The notes beneath the pieces were generated by a model. The model did not search any database. It saw only the letters and a list, made by a program, of their open reading frames with translations, and had not been told where the DNA came from. 64,000 nt of DNA from the human T2T-CHM13v2.0 reference genome, Homo sapiens: NCBI RefSeq assembly GCF_009914755.1, contig NC_060945.1; one strand, 5' to 3'. This document shows, one piece after another, positions 12,483-50,310 of the stretch. Every line of letters begins with the position of its first letter. Position 1 is the first letter of the stretch. The translations under genes and the position numbers were made by a program.

Positions 12483-14329
12483 TTGTCTGCAGGGCCTAAA
12501 GCAGTGACTAGCACCATTCCTGGAACAGACTGGCCACCTGGTGCCTCCTTACTCTGCAGTAAACATTGGTGCCGCTGCCCTCCTGAACATCAAAGTCCGT
12601 GGACAGGTGCAGAGAAGGCCAGAGCCCAGGCACCTGAGAACAGGGCCCCGTTGCCTTGTGCAGTGGAGTTCTGAACTCCTGACCTCATGCAACAATTAGT
12701 TATGAAAGAAGGGAGAAGCAGGGATTGGGAGAAGAAAGGGAAGAAAGAAGGACAAAATGAGGGAGGGAGGAAAATTTGTTCAGGGTTGATAGTCTAAGAT
12801 GTCAACCTGGCATCCAAAATGTCAGCTTTGGGGCAGGGATTCCGTCCTCCAAATGTCACCTTGTGCCAGTGCCTGCCCCTCCCTCTGCAGTGCCAGTAGG
12901 AGGCCTTCACACACTACACCCACTCTTTTGAAATGAACAGACCAGCTAACCTTGGCACTGTGGATGATACTGGTAAACAAAGTCCCCTGAGTACTGGGGT
13001 CAGTCAGGTTCAAGGGCCTGGGAGAAGATGGCAACTCCTGGTTCAATAGCCTGGGAGTGGAGCACTCTGGGTAAACCAGTTGTTTGCCAAGGAAGCCCTC
13101 AGGTACACAGGTCCCTCTGCTGTCAGGCGTCCTGGTGAAGCACCAAGAGGTTGACTGGCCACTGCCCTCCACTCAAGAGGGACTTCAGAAGAACCCTGAA
13201 GTGAGGCCCAAAATGTCCTAAGATTTGTAGGACAGTGTACTGAAACCACAGATCCAGAAGACATGCCAATCATGGGTCAGGTGTTCCCCATCTGCTCTCT
13301 GAGAGTGTGGCTTCAGGTGTGGGTCTAGGTTGAGTGCTGACAATGAAATCTTGGTGCATCTGAGCCCAGCAGGCTGTTTCTGACTTGGCTGGAGCTGAGG
13401 ATGGAGGAGCACGGGAAGAAAGTATCCCAAGGACAGTTTTCTGAGCCAGTGTCATGGAGGTGTGAATGAAGCGGGGCAGAGCGGGAAACCCGGGCGGAGT
13501 GCTCCACTACTCCTCTTTGGCTGGTCCCTGAACTGGATATCCTGGTCAGTAATGAGGGGATGTTTGGCCCCATACCCCCCGGTCCTGACCTCATCCCCCG
13601 GCCACTGGGAGGGCTGCAGTGAGCTAGATGGTCTGGGGGCCTGGATGTCAGGGCATGCGGACCTGTCTTGCACCTTGGTTTGCTCCAGCCGGGGAGAACC
13701 ACTTTTCTTCTAGAACCTACCATCTCCACATCTCACAGCTGATGAAGGCAGGCTGGAATCATCTCTCTGACATTGCTCAGGGCTGGGGTTCTGGAGGGAA
13801 TAGCCAGGGGTGTACTAAAAGACCCTTGGCCCCAGAACAACTGCAGAGCATGTGAAGCATAAGACCCACTTTTGTTTCCTCCCAGGAACAAAGGGGCAGA
13901 CTTTTCCTAAAGTGGAGGATATAAAAATGCATTCAATCCTCAAACCAGAAGATGCTCCTGAACGAAAAAACACAGAATAGAGATCAGAGGGGAAGGAAAA
14001 TGCCTGAATTTTCTGAGAAATTAAGAAGAAAAATGGGAGGCTTGTTAAATTATCACTATTTCAAGACAGGCAAGGAAATAATGTAGGTTCCTAAATGAAA
14101 AAAAATAAGTTAAGCTAAATGATAGTCTTAGTAAGAAACAGTTCCTAGGCATTGCTACCTAGCATAAAAATCTTTAAGGGTGAGTCACCATTCTGCAGGG
14201 CCAGGGAGACCCACTGACAGGGTCACTAGGCACGGCGCAGCCAAGAAGGCCACCAGTGTTGTCAGGGAGATCATCACACACCAAGATTGACCTCGTGTGT
14301 GTGTTGAGGATGATGGGAATGGCTCCCAC

Positions 14330-15480
14330 AGCCACAGAAAGGAGATACAAATACAGACCAGCAAGAGTGACCCCTGGGATGCTGGGCTGTAACCGAAGGC
14401 ATGGATGTGAAATCATAGTTTCTAGTAAGACACAGAAACGTGTATGTGATATTCACATAGGTTGCATGCAGCTTCCTACGTCTGTCTGCTGAGGGCCTAG
14501 AAGCAATGACAGCCCAGTAACAATGAGCACCTCCAGCACCCACATCTTGGCGTCTAAGAACCATTCTCCACTCAGAGAAACGGTTTCCTTGGAGAAATGG
14601 CTTCTTCCAAGGCTGGGGAAATAAGTACAAGGTGGGCCTGGAACTGTGTCAGAAAGCAAGGCATCACTCAGAGAAAGATGGGAGGTGAGGGGGCACAGGA
14701 GCCTGCGTAGAGGTGCCCAAACCGGCCAAATCAGGGCTAACCTGACCATCAAAATAATCAGAATATCCCATCAATTAAACAGGGATCGAAGACTGCATAT
14801 TGATGTAAATAAACAAAAGTGGGAGGGGAAAAAGCCCTCCTTGGTACACAGTATCATGTCGGTGGTATTTCTGCCAAAAATGCGTAACCTAAACCATATC
14901 TTGAGGAAAATTAGATAAACCTAAACTGAGGACATTCCACCAAATAACTGGCCATACTTCCCAAAAGGTCTGAATGAACCCATGAAGGAGCTCCATGTCA
15001 TAAGTTAATTCAAAGTCAGAAAAGAGAAGACTGAGGAACTGACGATTGATAAAAACGGAAGCCACATGGCTATTGAACACCATGGGGTCCCAGGCCAGAG
15101 AGTGAAAAAAAAAAGAGGTGCTGCTTGCGTGTTTTTCAACTTTCTTCTTCTATAAAGGACAGTTTTGAGACAATCAGCAAAATTTGAAGAGAATTTGCAG
15201 ATTTGATGGTAATATCCTACCAATGTTAATTTCCTGAATGTGATGGGTAAATTGTGGGTGATGCAGGAGAAACTCTTGTTTTTAGGAAATGTACAGGCAA
15301 GTATTTAGGAGTAACAGGGCACACTGTCTGCAACCTACTCTCGAACAGGTAGGTAGGTGGATGAGAAAGGCAAATACAATCAAATATAAGCAAACAGGGA
15401 ATCTAGCTGAAGGGTTACCAGAGTTCTATGTACTACTCCTGTCACTTTTCTGTAATCTGAAATTATTTCAAAATACAGAA
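14330..15480 (+). mobile_element. L1MC/ME-type 3' fragments
   Basis: ttccttggagaaatggct...gtacaaggtgggcctggaac; ttaatttcctgaatgtgatgg...cacttttctgtaatctgaaattatttcaaaat. Confidence 0.6.
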
Positions 15481-15787
15481 CGTAAGAACTATAACATTTC
15501 AATAAAAACTTCAGTGTTGGGAGCTTCCATCAAGACACACTTCTCTCCCCCACCTGATCACCCGTGTGCGGAGGGACCCAGGCAGAGGACGACGCCCGGC
15601 TCCACCCTCTGCTTTCTCGGGGTCCCGCGGCCTGGGTTAATTGAGGACACAGGGGCCCTTCCAGAAGGCCATCTGCAAGCTTCCGTCACTGCCTCAAGCC
15701 TTTGGTTTTCAGAAACCAGATTACTCGAGCTCGTTGATAAGAAAAAGCAGTCTCAACCAGCTTCAAAAAAGTAGGCAAGTACTTTGC

Positions 15788-15793
15788 TTTATT
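15788..15793 (-). terminator. RIPK4 polyadenylation signal AATAAA
   Basis: tttatt on plus strand; U/GU-rich sequence downstream (15740-15772) and UGUA motifs upstream (~15935-15985) on the mRNA strand. Confidence 0.85.
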
Positions 15794-16320
15794 GACATCA
15801 AATGGAACTTCTTGTCCCTCACGCAGTCCACACAACAGTAAAGGCACAATGAGGCATATTAAAACATAGCCAGTTTCAACAGCTTGGATATTTCCTGCCA
15901 TGGAAAAGTATCCTGCCCACAGATTCACATTAACATACATGGTACATTAATATCAATCTCTATCATATACCAGGCCACGGTACATGTTTGCACGCAGGGT
16001 CACGTTCTGCAACAAACTTATTCTAATAACAGTATTCAGAAGGCACCCTATGGGACACAGGTGACAGTGAAGTTACGAGGCTAGATGGCCACATCTTTTA
16101 CATCCAAGAACCGCCCTGGGGCCACACCCCAAACTGCTGAGGTGCGGAGGCACGTCTGCAAAGCAGGTCAGAAACACTCCCCCCATACCCCAAAACACTA
16201 TCCCTATCCCAAATCACCTAACAAAAATGAGAGCTGGGAAGGGTGCAGGTGAGCAGTGCATCTACCTAGGTAATACTGTCTATGTCTAGGTAATACTATG
16301 TAATTTTATCTTCATACTGC

Positions 16321-16893
16321 GTGTGGAGATAAAAAACACAGCTTCTCCTGCACCTCTTCCCCAAGACTGGTGCACTCCAGCGACCTGAGGGGGCTCGCCT
16401 CAGTCCCCAGCACTGAGGTTACAAAGGGAGAATTTTTTAATGACTCTTAGGCCTGTGGCTCTAGAGTTGCCAAAACATCTTAGGCAACGAGAAACGAACG
16501 GCAGCTAGTACCATGTGGGCACGTGTGTGTGGTTGTCCACAAGGACTCACCCAAGTAATAGACTGGAATGGTTAAGAGCTGGCCACACATACGCCCCGCA
16601 AAGCTGGCTGCTACCATTCGTTCCTTGTTGCATAAAACATTGTTTTCAAAGCCAACCCCACTACTTAGCCATCATTTAGAGACTAGACTATCCAATGTTA
16701 TGAACATTTTTAACAGGTTTCAAGCAACAGCTGATAAGGTATTCATCTCTTAAGATATTTTATAAAACAATTCCATGGAAACTTTAAGACAGGCCTCTCT
16801 GCCCACCGTCATGTATGAAGATAAAAAACACAGTTTCCCCTGCACCTCCCTCAAGACTGGTGAGCTCCAGCAACCCAAGGTGGCTCGCCTCAG
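16321..16893. repeat. ~82-nt direct repeat in the RIPK4 3'UTR (16321-16403 and 16813-16893)
   Basis: agataaaaaacacag..tt..cctgcacctc...caagactggtg..ctccagc.acc..agg.ggctcgcctcag in both copies; ~84% identity. Confidence 0.9.
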
Positions 16894-17228
16894 GAGAGAG
16901 TGGATGCTTCCACGCCTGGGGCTTCATCACTGAGAGACCAGCCTCAGCGACCCATTAGGAGCACAACGAAATGATTCTGACCCACGGTCCCTTCAGACAG
17001 CAGGTGCCTAGATCGATGATGGAGCGGGCATGTGCACCTGAGCCAGCTTCACCTGGAGGGGACACTCCGGTCAGCAGCAGCCGCCTCCTGATGGCACCAT
17101 GTCACCTCTGCTTGGTTAACATTTAGGTAAGCCACAACGGGGCCCCACGCAGGATCGTTCCATCCCCACGAGGAACACAGGACAGGACAAGAGCCCCACG
17201 TGGACCCCCGGTCTCCGCAGGCAGCCAG

Positions 17229-43437
<26,209 letters not shown>

Positions 43438-43489
43438 CTAGCCAGCGCCGCGGCGGCTGCCCAGGTGCCCAGGTGCGCGCTCCGCCCTG

Positions 43490-43504
43490 TTACGTCACTT
43501 CCGT
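43490..43504 (-). promoter_or_regulatory. Overlapping ETS + CRE/ATF composite motif (ACGGAAGTGACGTAA) near the TSS
   Basis: Plus strand ttacgtcacttccgt matches the CGGAAGTGACG ETS-CRE composite typical of proximal promoters. Confidence 0.6.
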
Positions 43505-43699
43505 AGGTCGTCCCGCCCCCAGGCCCCGCCCACTTACCCGCCCCCCGGGCGCCCTCTCTGCCAGCGCCCGGTGACTGCGGACGGATGAATAGACGCTGCG
43601 GGTCACTGCGCTCTCCCCTGGGTGAGCAGAGCTTCTCACGCTTCTCACGGGTCTCGACGTGCGCATCAGCTGCCCTGCTTTTCTTTGCTTTTTTTTTTT

Positions 43700-44110
43700 C
43701 CTTAATTGCGGAGTCACATGCAGTTGTAAGAAATCATTCACTTTGCCTAGTTTCCCCCAGTGTTACCACTTTGCAAAACTTTGCCAAAAAAAAAAGTCCA
43801 ATCTCACAACCAGGATATTGACTTTGATACAGTCACCGATCTTATTCAGTTTTGCCGTTTTACTCGTCTTCCTTTGCATGTATTAGTTTTACACAATGTA
43901 ATCATCTGTGTACCTTCCCGTATCCACCCCCACCTGGCCACTCCTGTGGCGATTTTACAGCCGCACCCCGGAGCCCTGGCATCACTAATCTTTCCTCTAT
44001 TTCTAAAATTGTTTTATTTCAGAAATGTTATGTTTAGATACAGGAATCATACAGCGCCTAATTTTTTGAAATTGGCTTTCTTCACTCGTTAGTCTAATTC
44101 CCTGCAGGTT
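43700..44110 (-). mobile_element. L1MC/MD-type 3' fragment directly upstream of the promoter
   Basis: cacatgcagttgtaagaaat...caaccaggatattgactttgatacagtca. Confidence 0.6.
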
Positions 44111-47100
44111 CACGTCTTGCTTTTTTACACGAGTTTCCTCTCAGAAAGTAACTTTTTTTAAAAAATTACCCAACAGCAAATCTAAAGTCCATTTCAAATG
44201 CAAGAGTTCCCTCATCCTTTCCTAAATAACAGCCTCTTTTTACAGGTAGGACAGATGGTTTGAAAAGGAAAGATTTTTTTTTCACATATGGGGAAAAAAA
44301 ATTCCCAGCCTTGGAAGGATATTTGGGTTAGAGGCCGAAGTGCATCACAGATCACGCACGCGTCCACACCTCAGAAAACACTCACTCATTCCTGAGACGC
44401 AACGGTGAGTGAAGGCTTATTTTTGGCCACAGGAGATTAATAATGAAGACAGGAGGGCGGAGCTAAAGGAGAGGGTATTTTAACGACATTAACTGTGTTT
44501 TTGTGTTAGTAACTCGGAAAGAGAGAGGCTGCCCCAAGTCAGCGCATTGAAAGCCGCAGACCTAGTGTCTCCAGGCTCCCCCTTCCAAACGGGCGCGGAC
44601 CTTCTTTCATAGCCTGTAGCGGGGAGCCGCGTCTCCCCACTGCCTCCCCACTCCCATCCGGCCGCTCTTTGGAGGGAACTCACACATCCCAACATGACGA
44701 TGCTTGCTCGGGGGGCCTCCTGGGGGGACCAGGGAGCCACTTCCTTTCCCACATACTCCGGAAATTAAAGTTGGTCTCCTTAAGGCTGGAGTGGCAAATA
44801 GTTGTTTTAAGCTTGTCACAAATGTAACTTACATTTGGACTAATGTTTTAAAAAATAATTGGAGTTTTGAATCTACGAAGATACCTTGGAAGTAAACATA
44901 GTTATTATTTTGGTGGGAAAAAAATGAATGGACTTGAAAGTGAGTCACCTGTCCTGTTCCCGGGGCTCAGCTCTAGCAAAGTACCTTTCTCCATCTACAG
45001 TCTCCGGCACACAGCTCCGCAGCTGGGGGTGACTAAGAGCCCACACCACGCAAGTAATAAAACGCTCCAATTTCATTTATTTAATCATCTGTGTGCTTCA
45101 TTTGACAAATATTTATGGAGTGTCTGCTGCTAGCTCAGTGCCTGGTGCCTGGGACTGAAGACCAGAGCCCCCTGGAGACCAAAAGAGCCAGCTCCCAGCT
45201 GTGAGCAGATCGGGTCCAAAGATCACGGGCTCGGCGGCAGGAACCTGGTTTGGTATCCGGCTCCTCTGCGGACTTTGAAGTGCTTTACCGATTCACATGA
45301 CAACTGGTAAAACGAAAACAAACACCTTTCCAGGAATTGTGAATTCGAGTTCCAGACCCTCTGGGATTCCGGGAGCGCAGCTGCTATTTATGTTAACAGT
45401 CATTGGTCCCAGGCTGGTGAGGTTAGAATTTCCAAGTATAAAAGTAATTTAGTTTCGTTTTAAATACATTTTAGGGCCAAAGAAAAGTGGAACGATTTAA
45501 AGAAAAAGATGAAATGAATAATAGGGCAAGTTGGGAGGTGGCTGTCCTGAGGTTTCATGGGACAACATTAATTAACCTCATGAAGTGCCTGCATGGACAA
45601 CGTGCCCGGTGTGGTTACAAACAAACCAATCAGCACAGATCCTGGGTGGAAAGCAGGGCGCAGCCACGGAGGCACAGTAGGGGTGCAGACTTGAAGGTTT
45701 TTAGGAGGTAAGCCCCGAGGGCACGAAGCTCCACGGAGAGACTGTTGACCCGCCTGGGAGTGCAGGTGAGGAGGGGAGGGACGACGAGGGGAGACAATGG
45801 GGGGTGGGAGGTGGGAAGGAGGAGTTGGGGAAGGGGGCTGTCTGCTGACATTTGCAAGCCCCCACTCCCCCACTACCCTGTGTTCCTCCTGGCCCCTTCC
45901 CCAGAAGAATTCCAAGCCAGTTTCCTCCTATACTGGATGTCCTGACAGCGAATCTAAATAGGTGATCCCTTGAGCTCCAGGTCCCCAAGCTGTGCCCTTC
46001 TTCATAGGGGGCCATTTAGCACTGACCCACCCAGCAGGCAGCCCAAGGTCCCTGGTCTGGAAGTGCCGGGAAGCTGCCTTTAACATCCTACCGCAGGGAA
46101 CAATGAAGGTTGCCGGCCAGGGAGAAGACAGGATAGAGACGTCTCTGGGTTTGCAGCCAGCCTGCCTCAGATGGGGTCCCAGGCTGTGACCATGGTGCAT
46201 TTGCCTGTCCCTGACATGTGGGATAGAGGGACCTGCTTCGAGATGTCGGTGGGGATCCACGCAGATGATAATTATATGTGTGTGGCACATGCCAGGCCAT
46301 GGGTGAATAGTGAGATTTTCAATTGAGTCATTTTCGTCTTTGTCCTTCTCAGGGTCCTGGAGCAACTCAACCCTTGTAAGTGCATGGCTCAGTGAGATCG
46401 TGGAGCTGACATAGGGCTGACCTGGCTCTCAGAGGCCCCAGAATAAAGCTGGAGCCCCTGGGGTCCACCTGCTGGCATGACCATGGGACAGGGGCGTGGA
46501 GCTGAGCTGGGTCAGCCACCTGGGAACATAGTCCCCTCCCGCCAGGCCTCTGCACCCAGCCTCCTCCCTGCTTGGTAGGCTCCTCCCTCCCCTACAACAG
46601 CCACTCCTGCCACCACTTGCATGGTTGTTTTTGAGAATTCCCTCCGCATTGTGTTATTTTCTAAAAGAACATAACTTGTTCACTGCAGAGATTCTGCCTT
46701 CACTAATTCTGACAAAGTGATTTAGGGGAGACATTGAGGGCCTGACTCGCGAGGGCTCCCAGACCACCTCTGGGAGACCCATCTCCACCTGACACCCAAC
46801 TCCTCGCTCTTACTCAAGCAAATATTTTCTATTTACACAAACACTTCCTTATCAGAGACAGCTCCTCCTTTGACCCATTGGTTCCATGAGTCTTCCTGCA
46901 GGATCATACATTCCGTGTCCTGGGAACACAGCATAAAGGGTGCTGTTCAGCAACCTAGGGGCTTGTGTCTGATGGCAGAAGCCATGAAGCAGATGGGGGA
47001 TTAATTATAATTGTAGTAATGCTACGTTCTAATCTGCTTTGCACCCTCATGCTCCACTCCATAGTCTTTAAATGTGGGGCTTCTTAAAACACCAATTTGG

Positions 47101-47129
47101 AGCCTCCCTGATCCTCCCCTCTTTCCCCA

Positions 47130-47360
47130 GGCAGCTCATCCAGGCTCACCTCAGCTTCCATGTATTCTACGAAGATCCCTAAGCTTCTGTCTGCAGGCCA
47201 GACCTTTCCTCTGAGCCTCAAACCCCCAAAACTTAACATGGTGCCCACAGTAGGATGTACCTAAGGCACCGCTACCCATTTGAGATAAGCCTATGCTTTC
47301 ACCCCCAAACTGGTTCTTTCCAGCATCTCCTGTTTCTGTGAATGAGCCCTTTCCATTCTG
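47130..47360 (+). mobile_element. L2 fragment
   Basis: ccagacctttcctctgagcctca...ggatgtacctaaggcacc...ctgtttctgtgaatg. Confidence 0.45.
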
Positions 47361-48109
47361 AAGGCCAGGACAGAGTAGCCCATGGCCCCCACAGCACACT
47401 CAATCCAGTCCTGTGTCCCAGCACCACCCTGACCAGGACAAGAGGCAAACCTGCCCCGGCCCCAAACGTTAAAGGGCTCCAGTCTGCTGTTCCTTGGACC
47501 TTCCTGTCTACCCAGTGCCTGGAGTCAATTGGGCCAGGAGACACCCATCCCCATAGATCAAGAAAGCTCTGGGGACCCTGAAATTCCCAGTGCAAATGTC
47601 CCTCAGCCATCTCCAGCCCCTGCACATGTTCATTTCCCTGAGAGCAACTGCACGACAGGTGTGAGCACCCGAGCCCCCAAGTGTAGCCAAGAGAAAGCTG
47701 CGTGCAAGGGCCATGGGCAGAGCTCGGCCTGAAGCCCGGGATATTCACGCATGTGCCAGTGAGGCTGTTCGTGGGTTAGGACGGAGCTGCAGGCAGAAAG
47801 AGCGGGGGACTCTTCGGGGGCCAGAAGCTGAGAATCCTCAGCTGTGCTCTAGGCGTGAGAGTGCATTTGTCAGTCAGAGGATTGAACACACTTCATTTAA
47901 CCCTTTGTTAGCTTGATGTAGAACTTTCAACAATTCAGACACGTAGCCCCTAGGCCCAGTTATTGTACCTTCCGCTGGGGTCCAGAAGCATCACCACAGG
48001 TCTGGTCACCAAGCCTGGCACCTCTTCCATCCTGAGCCTCCCTGCCTGTGACTCTGTCCCCTGTGCCAGTGCCTGGACCCCAGTCATGGTCACTCCCATC
48101 TGGTCATGA

Positions 48110-48560
48110 CAGCGGTCACCCTATCTCCGGAGGGCTCAGGAGGGTCTCCAGACATCCATGGGACCCTAGCCCCAGCCAGTGTGTCTTGACACGGTCTAGA
48201 GAAAGAATTCAGGGGACAAGTGGTCATGGTGCGAAAGGCACCGTTTTGCTTTTATTGCAGAGAAAGTGGGCACCTGAAAGAGAGCTCGGACTTGTGTGGG
48301 AGAATGAGTCGCACACAGTGAAGTTTGGGTTTCTGATTTTGTGGGCTTTTCTTTAATTAGGGGGTGGAATAATCATTAAGTATTTTAGAAAAAAGAGGGG
48401 ATTTCAGGGACCTCCTGATTACCACCCTTTTTCTCCCTCATTTGGGTTTGCCTGGAAGCGTCCTGGACATGTCACCCTGACAGGGGTTTCGGCCGCTTTC
48501 TCTCCCTTGTTTGGGTTTTCTATTATCCTGGGGTTTCTTTGCCTGGTACTAGTTTTAGCT
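48110..48560 (-). mobile_element. Possible ERV LTR fragment (family not identified)
   Basis: gtcttgacacggtctagagaaagaattcagg...gcttttattgcagag resembles an antisense LTR U5/polyA region. Confidence 0.35.
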
Positions 48561-48879
48561 ATGGTTTGGGTTTTTCCATCCTCCCACGACCACCGAGTGC
48601 TGTTCCTATCTCAACCCTGGCCCTCTTGGGCCCATTCTTCACCTGCAGCTGGACATCTGGAAAACACACCCCTGGCCTCGCTTTCACGGTGGAAATGAGC
48701 CTGGCCCCTCCAGCTCCGGCCTGCAGCCTTTGCTGCTCCTGGCCCTCCAGCCGCCTGTCCCCTGACTGGGTCCAGCTTGGTGCTGCAGGACCGGTGCACA
48801 CGCTGTCCTGGGGCCGGGAAATCTCTCTCCTGACACCACTCCCTGATGCCTGCCTGGTCTCCCCCACTCAGCCCATCAT

Positions 48880-49330
48880 GGGTGTCTCCCCCAGCCCCAG
48901 GCTTCGTCACATTCCTCTGTTACAAGCTCAGGAGCCTGTGCACAAGTTGCCCTGCCTCCCCCACTCTCGGCTTCATGGGGCGGAGCAATCTCTGCCCCTT
49001 CCCCCACCAGGCAGAGGCTCTCCACGACCCACCCCTGCCCACCTCTACTGGCCGGCCTCTGCTACCCCCACTGTCTCTGCTGCAGCCACACTGACCCTCC
49101 TTGCTTTCTTCCCCAAACCAGCGCCCTCCTCCCCAGGCCCTCTGCACTGCTGCTGCTTCTTCCTGGGGGGCTGTGTCGTCCCTCTGCCCTCACTGCTTCC
49201 AGTTTCATGTGACCTCTCACAGCTGCCCTCCTGGATGACCCGTCTAAGACAGCGCTGGTCCCCTCCCGCTGGCCACCATCCTTCTGGGAGCCACTCAAGA
49301 GTTTAGGGGTTACCTCTCTGCTGACACTCA
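48880..49330 (+). mobile_element. L2 fragment
   Basis: cacattcctctg...cagccacactgaccctccttgctttctt...caggccctctgcactgctg. Confidence 0.5.
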
Positions 49331-49589
49331 CCCTAAAATGCGTGGTACTATTAACTTGAGTAAATATTTTGGTTACTCAAGGGTGAGCCCCACTTAGAGT
49401 CCCTCCAGAGTGCCCCCCACAGTGCCTCCTGAGAAGTACAGCAAATGCCGCTAAAATCAGAGGTTCTCTGCACACGGCACTTTTAGTACATCAGTAATCT
49501 TTTTATGGCATCCCTAGACCAAGGAAACGTCCAGCGGTTTCATTTATTCAGTGGTTAGGATCCAATAATTTAAAAAATATTGATGGAAA

Positions 49590-50310
49590 AATAGTCTAGC
49601 AGTTTCTCCAAAAGTTAAATATAGAATTGCCCTATGGAATTGAAAACAGGCATTCACACATAAACTTGTACATTCATGGCAGCAGTATTCATAATAGCAA
49701 CAGGCGGAAACAACCCAAGTGTCCATCCATGGATGAATGGATAAACAAAATGCAGTCTCTGCATGCTGCGAAAATTCACTGGATCCCTAAAGGAAGTTCT
49801 GATACATGCTGTATTGTGGATGAACCTTAAATAGGTTCATATGTATTATACAGTTGTATGATACATTTCTATCAAATATTGTATATGGATGTTAGGTATA
49901 TATACATTCGTACGGTCCATTTATATCAAATATTCAGAACAGGCAAATCCACAGAGGCAGCAAGTAGATGGGTGGTTCCAGGAGCTGAGGGACAGAGGGA
50001 ATAGGGAGTTAATGGGTAGGAGTGTCCTTTCCGATAATGACAATGTTTTTGAATTGGATGGTGGTGATGATGGTTGCACATCATTGTGAATGCACTGCAC
50101 TAAACGAATTGTACATTTTTATTTTTTAATTTTTTTTAGAGGTGGAGATCTTGTTATGTTGCCTAGGCTGGCCTTGAACTCTTGGGCTCGAGCAACCCTC
50201 CTTGCCTCAGCTTCCCACGTAGCTACGGGTGCACATCATCCTACGCAGTTGAACTGTACATTTTTAGATGGTTAGTTTTATGTGATGTGAATTTTATCTC
50301 AACTTTAAAA
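49590..50310 (+). mobile_element. L1MB-type 3' end, interrupted by an antisense FLAM/FAM monomer (~50121-50250)
   Basis: gcagcagtattcataatagc...caacccaagtgtccatccatggatgaatggataaacaaaatg; monomer TSD gaa(t/c)tgtacattttt. Confidence 0.8.

Larger units (their letters stand above)
15765..17228 (-). other. RIPK4: RIPK4 3' UTR (~1.45 kb; 3' end approximate)
   Basis: Unique sequence between the stop codon and the first downstream AATAAA on the minus strand. Confidence 0.85.

Noticed and set aside
12057-12674. 205-aa and 89-aa ORFs with poly-L/S/Y or poly-F/L/I
   Set aside because: Translation of the CTT/ATT microsatellite.
48539-49306. 255-aa ORF
   Set aside because: Overlaps degenerate LTR-like and L2-like sequence; Pro/Ser/Leu-rich with no domain.
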